Virus record (IMG/VR): IMGVR_UViG_3300041964_000089
DNA from: an uncultured virus (IMG/VR IMGVR_UViG_3300041964_000089)
Lineage: Duplodnaviria > Heunggongvirae > Uroviricota > Caudoviricetes
Length of the DNA stretch: 20,000 bases
Reading direction: 5' to 3' (one strand)
Shown here: positions 8,439 through 15,559 of the stretch, piece after piece
Numbering within the stretch: the first letter of the stretch is position 1
How the letters are laid out: each line of letters begins with the position of its first letter
The notes under the pieces: model-generated
The model's input: only the letters and a program-made list of their open reading frames with translations
Told to the model about the DNA's origin: nothing
Databases searched by the model: none
Made by a program: the position numbers and the translations under genes

Positions 8439-8460
8439 CCTGAACCAAACATGGTTCAGG
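8439..8460. terminator. Short perfect hairpin just after the methyltransferase stop
   Basis: CCTGAACCA-aaca-TGGTTCAGG, 9-bp stem and 4-nt loop. Confidence 0.4.
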
Positions 8461-8487
8461 CAAGGACTACCGCTGTGCTGATAGTCA

Positions 8488-9573
8488 TCAATCCCGCAAA
8501 ATTTTTGCTAAATATTGAATCCTTAGCGCCATCGGCACAGCTTGCATCGGGGTACAGGCTGCACCATAGTGATTGATGCACTCCCGCCGACCTTTTATCC
8601 GCTTGCCGTCTATTCCGGCGCAATCGGGAGGTTGATTTCGCTCCCACCATCCCGATCGTCCAATCCCAGCGAGCCAAGCTGAGGCATCAGCACCGACTCC
8701 GCCCAATTTAGCGGGAATCCCATCATCCATCCCCATACTTGAGGGTTTGCTGACTGTCCGGGCAGGATCGATGGCAGTAAATTGTCCGCCAATGTCGCAC
8801 TCGCCCCCGTCTTTTTCGTCGGCGAGGCTCCTTTGAAGTCTCGTGCTGCGGGAGTTGCCAACCGATCGCCCTTCAAAAAGTTTTGCAATGTCGCGCTGTT
8901 GGCATTCTGCGGTTTTGGCAGCTTCAAGTAACCTGTTAAGTTCATCCCCCCAGTTGCCCCGGTGTTGTATCCCTGCATACCGTCGTTGGCTCTGGGGGTA
9001 GGTATAGTTGCGCGCGATCGCAATGTGTTCTCCAATTTGTTCCTCCCAGCCGGTGAAACCTTTCCGTTTCCGGAGGGATAGGTCGTTGCGGTGGGCAACG
9101 ATAAAGATTCGCTTTCGCTGGTGTGGCGCTCCGAGTTCCGCTGCCGATACGACAATCGGACCCTCAACTTGGTATCCGACCATTCGGAGGCTGGCAGCCA
9201 CTTCTCTAGCTCCGCGATCAAGCGCTCCCTCAACATTTTCCCAGCCGATAAATTTCGGTCTGCATTCATTGATGATTCGCAACTGCTGCCACCACAATCC
9301 TGATCGCTCTCCGTCGAGTCCGGCTTTGTTGCCGCAAGCGGACAAATCCTGGCAGGGACTGCCACCGACGATGCAGTCGAATTCTTCAAATTTTGGGTTG
9401 AAGGTGCAAACATCATCCCAGATTGGGGTGTCTGGGAACCGCGTGGCATAAACCAGTTGGGCGGTCGGGCTGATTTCGATTGCCCTTCTAAATTGAAATC
9501 CTCCGGCAAACTTGAATCCAAGCCTGATACCTCCTATCCCGGCAAACAATTCCAAAACTGATAACTTACTCAC
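8488..9573 (-). CDS. dcm: C5-cytosine DNA methyltransferase, catalytic (alpha) polypeptide
   Basis: Motif I LELFAGIGG, IV GGSPCQDLS (catalytic PC), VI WENV, VIII PHQRKRIFIVA, and a degenerate motif X (RRECINHYGAACTPMQA). The start is probably GTG 9573, overlapping the end of the ASCH gene, rather than 9666. Confidence 0.93.
   Translation of the reverse strand: MSKLSVLELFAGIGGIRLGFKFAGGFQFRRAIEISPTAQLVYATRFPDTPIWDDVCTFNPKFEEFDCIVGGSPCQDLSACGNKAGLDGERSGLWWQQLRIINECRPKFIGWENVEGALDRGAREVAASLRMVGYQVEGPIVVSAAELGAPHQRKRIFIVAHRNDLSLRKRKGFTGWEEQIGEHIAIARNYTYPQSQRRYAGIQHRGNWGDELNRLLEAAKTAECQQRDIAKLFEGRSVGNSRSTRLQRSLADEKDGGECDIGGQFTAIDPARTVSKPSSMGMDDGIPAKLGGVGADASAWLAGIGRSGWWERNQPPDCAGIDGKRIKGRRECINHYGAACTPMQAVPMALRIQYLAKILRD
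8610..9521 (-). CDS. Nested alternative-frame methyltransferase beta polypeptide (TRD-like repeats + motif IX)
   Basis: A 303-codon stop-free frame fully inside dcm (+1 frame, same strand). It has LPTATTY, IPTPRAND, LPKPQNAN and LATPAARDFKG repeats and ANPQVWGWMMGFPLNW (8703-8750), a motif IX-type GFP signature absent from the alpha frame. The true start is uncertain. Confidence 0.75.
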   Translation of the reverse strand: MDSSLPEDFNLEGQSKSARPPNWFMPRGSQTPQSGMMFAPSTQNLKNSTASSVAVPARICPLAATKPDSTESDQDCGGSSCESSMNADRNLSAGKMLRERLIAELEKWLPASEWSDTKLRVRLSYRQRNSERHTSESESLSLPTATTYPSGNGKVSPAGRNKLENTLRSRATIPTPRANDGMQGYNTGATGGMNLTGYLKLPKPQNANSATLQNFLKGDRLATPAARDFKGASPTKKTGASATLADNLLPSILPGQSANPQVWGWMMGFPLNWAESVLMPQLGSLGLDDRDGGSEINLPIAPE

Positions 9574-9970
9574 TCGGTACCTCCCAATTCCACAAACCTT
9601 GATACCCGCGCTGGGGAATTGGATCGATAGCCTGCACGTTTTCCAGTTTCCAAGCGTATCTCCCAATCTTCCAATCCCCGCACCGTTTCTCGGTATCTGA
9701 TTGCGAGTTTATAAATTCCCGATCCATCTGGATGCAGTCAGTTAAGTCGGCGATCGCCACAATTGCACCTAACGGAAATTCTGATTTGTCTTTTTTGCTT
9801 AATAATTGCAGCAACTGCGGGATGTGTATAAAATTCTTGGCTGCGTGAATTGCAAGCTTGCCTCTGTAGCGGGTATCCCAGGAACGTGTTTCATATTGTT
9901 TGTACCCGCGAGCTATCAAACTTGCCCACGGTTGGTGCAAGCTGATAGCTTTGATTTTTTGCCCAGCCAC
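9566..9970 (-). CDS. ASCH domain protein
   Basis: KAISLHQPWASLIARGYKQYETRSWDTRYRGKLAIHAAK (GxKxxExR signature), PLGAIVAIADLTDC, RYAWKLENV..IDPIPQRGYQGLW. Confidence 0.93.
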   Translation of the reverse strand: MAGQKIKAISLHQPWASLIARGYKQYETRSWDTRYRGKLAIHAAKNFIHIPQLLQLLSKKDKSEFPLGAIVAIADLTDCIQMDREFINSQSDTEKRCGDWKIGRYAWKLENVQAIDPIPQRGYQGLWNWEVPSE

Positions 9971-9996
9971 AAACCCGCAATGTGGCTGGGCGGTAG

Positions 9997-11958
9997 CTAG
10001 TCCAAGAGTGAGGCGATCGATTCCCGACCCAGACGATCGATCAATTCCCGGACGATCGTCCGCTGCTGCGATCGAGGTAAAACTTCGATCTGGGCTATTA
10101 GAACGAACAAATCTTCTTCTGAAATTTCGCTGTGCGTCAAATCTTCCAAAACTTCGGCAGGTTCTGGCGAAGATGGCAGGTCTGATTTGATCGTCATTTG
10201 TTTTTCCTCTTTTTTCAAATATTTCTGTGGCAACCAGCTAATCTTAGTTGGCTCATCCGATATCAGTGCTAAAGTTTTTTGCCCGCGAGTTAGCGCGACA
10301 TAGAGCAAGTTGTTTTCCTGTTCGCGCTCGGTTGCGGTCTGTTTTTTGTGAATTAGCGGCATATTCTCCGCATTAATGACAAAAGCCACGTCTGCTTCGC
10401 CACCCTTCCCGGAGTGGATGGAATACAGATTGATTGCTTTGTCTTCAGACTCATCAAAAATCCGATCAATTGACGATTCCCACTCGGCAAGTGTTTGGGG
10501 CTCGTAAGCTTCGTAGAGTGCCAAAATAGCAGCCAACATATCGCCGAGCGTTTCGAGCCGCTGCTCGCCGTCCTCATATGCAAACAATCTTTCCCGTTCA
10601 GCTTGCTCGTATTGAGCAATTAATGAAGGGAAAATTTTGTAGCTTTCCGCATAATCGCACTTAAGTTTTTTGCAGATTTTATCAATTTCTGCAACTATTT
10701 TTTTTGCCAATGAGGAATCCTTAATTTTTACAGGCAGCCCCATTCCCAGCAACTGTAAAGCTGTGGTGATCAAGGGTGCGTTCCGGCGACAAATGCCGAT
10801 GTAAGATAAGGTACGATCAGCAAACAAACCGGGAAACTCAGCCCACTTAAGCACTTTGACTCCGCCCTCGATCGCGTTTGGCGCTGGTTCGATCAAAATG
10901 TCGGGAAAAATTTCCCTCACCAAGCGGAGGTGAGATTTTCCGCAACGGTAGTTGATTGGCAATAAGAAACTTTGACAGTTAAAATCCCGCTGAAAGCGAT
11001 CAAGTCCGTCAGAGACGCAACCTCGAAATGAGTAGACGGCTTGCCTGCGATCACCCACCGCACACAAAAAATTGCGGGATGGATCTATCAATCTCGACAG
11101 CAACTCAATTTGCAGCGGATCGGTGTCCTGCGCCTCATCTACCGCTACAAATTTTAGACGCTGGCTCCATTTTTGAAAAGTAGAAGCAAAATTGTTTTCC
11201 ATTTGTTCGTAGGAATAAAAATTTCTCATTCCTGCAACCAATACCCAAGCTTGATCGGTGAAATCGATCCAATACTGCCCACAAGCTTTTTGATAACCTT
11301 CTTGCAAGCACTGATTTAAAGCTGCAAGTATATTTTTTTCCAGTAATGAACCTTTTACAATGATTGGCACTAATTCTAAATTATCAGAAATCAGCACTGC
11401 CAAATTTTCTGAAGTAACTGGCAGGCAATAAATGCGGAATTTTTCCAGCAAATTTGAAAACTCGCGATCTAAAAAATCTGCGGATTTTTCCAAAGCACCG
11501 AACAAACTGCCATCAATTTTTACCCGTTCTCCCCGCCGAAATTCATAACGAGAGATGTACCCAAATTCTCTAGCTATTTTGGTGTACTTCAGGTTTTCGA
11601 CTTTCCACAAGGGATTATCTACACCTGTGGCGTCTTTGAGAATTTGAAATCCCAGCGAGTTGAGAGTGCAGACTGAGCTTACCCATTTACCACCGCACTG
11701 CATCCCCAACTTTGATTGCAGGTCAGCTTTATTTTTTCGCCCAAATACCACCAAACGCACTTCATCTGGATCGACACCCATGTGAGCTAACTGCTGGCAA
11801 ATTTGCACTAAAATAAATGATTTGCCAGTGCCGGCTAAAGCTTCAATCAACATTCCTTTCAATTTCAATTCTGAGTCGCAAAACGAGGAACGCAACATAT
11901 CCGCTAAACGAATATTTACACCTTGCAAAATTAATTCTTGAAATTTTGATAATTCCAT
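9997..11958 (-). CDS. UvrD/Rep-like superfamily 1 DNA helicase
   Basis: Walker A EALAGTGKS, CTLNSLG, Walker B VDEAQD, VGDRRQAVYSFRG, LPINYRC, SIHSGKGGEAD, NLLYVALTRG. Confidence 0.95.
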   Translation of the reverse strand: MELSKFQELILQGVNIRLADMLRSSFCDSELKLKGMLIEALAGTGKSFILVQICQQLAHMGVDPDEVRLVVFGRKNKADLQSKLGMQCGGKWVSSVCTLNSLGFQILKDATGVDNPLWKVENLKYTKIAREFGYISRYEFRRGERVKIDGSLFGALEKSADFLDREFSNLLEKFRIYCLPVTSENLAVLISDNLELVPIIVKGSLLEKNILAALNQCLQEGYQKACGQYWIDFTDQAWVLVAGMRNFYSYEQMENNFASTFQKWSQRLKFVAVDEAQDTDPLQIELLSRLIDPSRNFLCAVGDRRQAVYSFRGCVSDGLDRFQRDFNCQSFLLPINYRCGKSHLRLVREIFPDILIEPAPNAIEGGVKVLKWAEFPGLFADRTLSYIGICRRNAPLITTALQLLGMGLPVKIKDSSLAKKIVAEIDKICKKLKCDYAESYKIFPSLIAQYEQAERERLFAYEDGEQRLETLGDMLAAILALYEAYEPQTLAEWESSIDRIFDESEDKAINLYSIHSGKGGEADVAFVINAENMPLIHKKQTATEREQENNLLYVALTRGQKTLALISDEPTKISWLPQKYLKKEEKQMTIKSDLPSSPEPAEVLEDLTHSEISEEDLFVLIAQIEVLPRSQQRTIVRELIDRLGRESIASLLD

Positions 11959-11997
11959 TTTTACCCCACTGCTTGAATTTTTGCAAATTGCTTGAAA

Positions 11998-12195
11998 TTA
12001 CGTATTATCAATAACTAAATAGCCCATTCGCCGAAACATTTCAGTTTCTGCTTTGGTTTTTGGGGTTTGCCGGGGAAGGCGACCGGGCAATTCTTGCCGA
12101 TCGACCCAAAAAGCAAACCCTTCAAATTTGAGAAAGACGCGATCGCCTTGAATGTCAGCGATCGCCGCCGGACCCCATCCGGGATAGAAAATCAT
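11998..12195 (-). CDS. Small hypothetical protein (65 aa), possibly SH3/KOW-like beta-barrel
   Basis: ATGA overlap with the upstream stop at 12192-12195. IFYPGWGPAAIADIQGDRVFLKF resembles HxxWGxGxI..V.F small barrels. It contains two HIP1 sites. Confidence 0.65.
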   Translation of the reverse strand: MIFYPGWGPAAIADIQGDRVFLKFEGFAFWVDRQELPGRLPRQTPKTKAETEMFRRMGYLVIDNT

Positions 12196-14729
12196 TGCAA
12201 CCAAGCTGCTACGGCGGCAGCTTGCTTAGAAGGATACCCCCCATCTCCGGTTTGTCTTTGGTAGCGCCACACCGTGCGTGTTTCCCCATCAATCACGCGC
12301 AAAGTCAAGAAAACGCTTTTGCCTTGTTTGCCGTCAACCCTCGTAATAAATTCTGGCGTTTGTGCTGAAAAGTCTAGTGCCTGTGTAAACTCCAGTTTCA
12401 GCAACAACTCGTAGATTTTTTGCTCTTCTTCAGTAAGCGCGTTCCAAACTTGGGTTCTGTCAGCAATTTTCCAAGCTGTCACGTTTGTTGATTTGATGAG
12501 TTCTGCATCAAATTTTAAAAGCGCGTCCTGAATTAGTTTTACAATTGTCAATTCGTGTTCGGTTAAAGATTCCTTGTCGGTCTTGATCGTTTCTTTGATC
12601 GCCTCGGCATCTTTTACTGAAGTTGATGCAATTTGTCCCGGCAACAGGGATAAATCTTGCTGAGCTAAGCGCTCCAAATAATCTAAAGGCACGTCCGTGA
12701 ACTCAATCTCGTAGACAAACTCTAATTTAGGATTGTCTGAAGTCAATCGCTTACTTTTTCTCGGTTCGCTAATCATCGCGTTGATAGCATCCCAGTCAAG
12801 GTTCTCGCCAGCTTCACTGGCTTTGTAATTTCCCCGCAAAAAATCAGTCCATTTCTGAGCTCGATTTTTTGCTTTAGTTGGGGTCTGCTGCCCCGCTTCA
12901 TCTTTGTTACTAAAAGCAGCATAACCTGCAAGAACTTCACCGTTGTCGCCACGCTGCTTGAGGTAGCCAACACAGCTGGTGATTTTCACCAATTCCACAA
13001 ACTTATCCTCTTCCTTGGCGTGAGGATTGGCTAGTTTTTCTAATCGCTCCGCTTCTTTGGCTTGGTAATCTACAATCAATTTTTCAGCAAAAATTTTATA
13101 CGTTACGTCGCCAATTTCAGCAGCGAGTCGAGAAGTTGAAAATACTAATTTAGGTTTTCCCTGAGTGTCTTTTTCCTCCAAACTCATAAACCTGAAAGTT
13201 GCGCCTACAAGGTTACTTTCGCCATACTGGGGATAAACTTGAACAGCAAAACCCATCACCTCAAACTTAGTATCGGTTTCAGATTTTACTGATTCTAGTT
13301 CTACACTTTGGCTTGACTGCTGACTCGATTGCAGTGTTTCATCAGCGTTCCAGCGGGCAATTTTTTCTTTAGTTTTTGCCTCTTCCTTTAAATCCTTTAA
13401 AAAATAGTTGGCATAGTCTAGCGCTGCTTGCTCAACACTATCCGGATGTCTTTGATAGACAAAAGTTCGAGCAGAGTCAGAATACTCTCTAGTAGTTCCA
13501 GTCGCATCTGTTACAGTGACGCGAACTTCTTCTGATTCAAAATCTACTATGTCATCTGCTGGAGCAATTATTGATTCGAGGGCGACACTAACACCCAATT
13601 CCTCAAAAGTGAAATTACTATTGTCAGCCAGTAGTTTTTGCAGTGCTGTTAGTTCAACCCCTGGAACAGTGGTAGAACTTCTTTCCCGCAGTATTCGCTC
13701 TGCCTCATCATCCAGCGCCAACTCTTCCTCAACTGCCCGATCGTATGCTTCCCCTGTCAAAACATCGCTTTCAGTTTCTGTCACTACTTCAGAAAATTCC
13801 AGCGGCAAAACTTGCTGTCCAGGAGCTTCAAGATTTTCCACCTGATCAATCAGTTGTCGCGTCCAGGCAACAATCTCATCAAAATCAGCTAGAGATTCGG
13901 GGAAAGTCAAATCTAGTTTTTGAATAAACTCGGTAGCAGCGTCCCAGGCCTGAGATTCGGGCTGTGTCGCATAGTGTAACCCGATCGCTACAATGCCGCC
14001 GTTAGGAACTGAAAAATAAACATCCCAACCTCGATAATTGTCGTACTTGTCGCTCGCATCCCAAAAAGTAAAAAATTGTTTAGGGTGCTGAAATCCTGTA
14101 GATTTGAGAATGCTGTCAACTGTGTCGTAAGCTTCGTCTGGCTCGTATTGGGATTCTAGATTGGGGGCGATGTAATAATCGCACAAAGTATTTTGGCCCG
14201 GTTCGTGTACAAAACCACAACCAGTGCAAGTACCGTCTTTTCGCCAATCGTGTTTAATTGCAGGTTTATTTTCTGCAACCACGTTTTTGGGACTCACCCC
14301 AAAACTTTCGTAAGCGTGGTCAAACATTGCCTTGACTTCTTTAGCAATTGTTGGCTTGACCGCTGATTCATTTTCAATTTTTGGTTCGTCATCAAGCGCA
14401 AACTTTTCTTCAGCCACCCGATTGTATACCTCCCCTGTCAAAACTTCCTTTTGAGCTTCCTGACTCAATTTTTCCAACTCAGGGACGATCTCAAGCTGTT
14501 GTTGGCACTGAGGCTCGATCAACTTTTGATAGTTGCTGCAAGCTGTGGTAATTTCAGCTATTAAATCGGGCATATCTGACGGCGAAACCTCCCGATACAT
14601 TTCCAGCAAGTCATACAGCGCTTGCATTGTGGGATTAGTTTTTTGCTCCAAAGATTGAAGTTTGGCCAAACGTTCTTGTCTTTCTGCAATTTCTGCAAGG
14701 GTTTGTTGGATTTTGTTTGTAAGGCACAT
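12192..14729 (-). CDS. Large acidic multidomain phage protein (845 aa)
   Basis: Long ORF with an N-terminal coiled coil, a Cys/His cluster HDW...CTGC...H...C, a duplicated 21-aa motif, and E/D-rich composition. No family recognised. Confidence 0.8.
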   Translation of the reverse strand: MCLTNKIQQTLAEIAERQERLAKLQSLEQKTNPTMQALYDLLEMYREVSPSDMPDLIAEITTACSNYQKLIEPQCQQQLEIVPELEKLSQEAQKEVLTGEVYNRVAEEKFALDDEPKIENESAVKPTIAKEVKAMFDHAYESFGVSPKNVVAENKPAIKHDWRKDGTCTGCGFVHEPGQNTLCDYYIAPNLESQYEPDEAYDTVDSILKSTGFQHPKQFFTFWDASDKYDNYRGWDVYFSVPNGGIVAIGLHYATQPESQAWDAATEFIQKLDLTFPESLADFDEIVAWTRQLIDQVENLEAPGQQVLPLEFSEVVTETESDVLTGEAYDRAVEEELALDDEAERILRERSSTTVPGVELTALQKLLADNSNFTFEELGVSVALESIIAPADDIVDFESEEVRVTVTDATGTTREYSDSARTFVYQRHPDSVEQAALDYANYFLKDLKEEAKTKEKIARWNADETLQSSQQSSQSVELESVKSETDTKFEVMGFAVQVYPQYGESNLVGATFRFMSLEEKDTQGKPKLVFSTSRLAAEIGDVTYKIFAEKLIVDYQAKEAERLEKLANPHAKEEDKFVELVKITSCVGYLKQRGDNGEVLAGYAAFSNKDEAGQQTPTKAKNRAQKWTDFLRGNYKASEAGENLDWDAINAMISEPRKSKRLTSDNPKLEFVYEIEFTDVPLDYLERLAQQDLSLLPGQIASTSVKDAEAIKETIKTDKESLTEHELTIVKLIQDALLKFDAELIKSTNVTAWKIADRTQVWNALTEEEQKIYELLLKLEFTQALDFSAQTPEFITRVDGKQGKSVFLTLRVIDGETRTVWRYQRQTGDGGYPSKQAAAVAAWLQ

Positions 14730-14765
14730 ATTGCTTTTTGGGTAATTGTTTGAATTTGCAACGAT

Positions 14766-14794
14766 CGGCTAGGCAGTAATTAACCGTCTAGCCG
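14766..14794 (-). terminator. Intergenic stem-loop
   Basis: CGGCTAG...CTAGCCG arms, extendable with wobble pairs, 11 nt downstream of the 221-aa gene stop. Confidence 0.4.
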
Positions 14795-14805
14795 TGGACT
14801 AACTA

Positions 14806-15471
14806 CTAGCTAGCGGACGGTAGGGCCGGAACGTTTAACACATCATTAGTAGCGGCAAATGCTTGCTGAGAATAAGCGTTGCCACTCATAATGTAAGCAG
14901 TCTCCTCTTGTGTGAGGTTGTCCAGACACTGCATCCCTTTTGTGCTTTCAAAATCAATCATTCGAGCTTGATTCGTCGGACTAGAGATGACCGCAGCCGC
15001 TTGCTCCAGAATTGAAAAATCTTTTCTTTCTTCCCAAGTCCAAATAAGTGCATAGTAATTGCCCTTATCGTTTGTGAACTTTTTAAAGGTTGGAGTGAAA
15101 ATGCCTGTAGCGGGTTCAACGCCACGAGATTGTACTTCTGTCACCAAACGATTAAAATCTCGCAAGGATTGAGTCTTGATATGCGTGACCATCACAACGC
15201 CTTTGGGCAAGTCGCCAGACTCGGCAACAAACCAAATCTGACCCCACAATGTCTGATCGGTTTTACCGAGAGAACCGAAATATTTGGAAAATTTAAGGAT
15301 GGTCATTGAACACTTGGAGCCGTAGTCTGTGTCACCGATCGCCCACTGCCCGGACTGGCAATTGTTGCGAACTGCTATCGGAATTTCGGGAACTAACAGG
15401 GCATCAGCAGCTTTTGAGCCAAATACTGAAAACGTGGCGGGGCGTTGTTGGTTTTCTGTTTGCTTAGTCAT
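14806..15471 (-). CDS. Hypothetical phage protein (221 aa), possibly ssDNA-binding/recombination-related
   Basis: Globular beta-rich core with exposed aromatics (GQW, LWGQIWF, NYYALIWTW) and a low-complexity tail, in a DNA-metabolism operon. Function is inference only. Confidence 0.7.
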   Translation of the reverse strand: MTKQTENQQRPATFSVFGSKAADALLVPEIPIAVRNNCQSGQWAIGDTDYGSKCSMTILKFSKYFGSLGKTDQTLWGQIWFVAESGDLPKGVVMVTHIKTQSLRDFNRLVTEVQSRGVEPATGIFTPTFKKFTNDKGNYYALIWTWEERKDFSILEQAAAVISSPTNQARMIDFESTKGMQCLDNLTQEETAYIMSGNAYSQQAFAATNDVLNVPALPSAS

Positions 15472-15559
15472 GATGGTATTAAGTTGAGTTTGATTGATTT
15501 AGTTTGGTTTTGGGTTTTGCCTGCCCTTATAAGGCTCCCGCTGGCACTGAGCCGACTTA

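Noticed and set aside
8309..8452. Short minus-strand ORF MFGSGLLEVEGNRLL... after dcm
   Set aside because: Its start codon is buried in the 8439-8460 hairpin, it has no clear RBS, and it overlaps the 47-aa candidate, so it cannot be supported.
9008..9451. 147-aa + strand ORF antisense to dcm
   Set aside because: It is an antisense shadow of a doubly constrained GC-rich region with no recognisable motifs.
8488..9573. Type II restriction-modification system or frameshifted dcm pseudogene
   Set aside because: There is no adjacent endonuclease. Both frames are uninterrupted, and a single frameshift could not give one chain with both motif IX and motif X.
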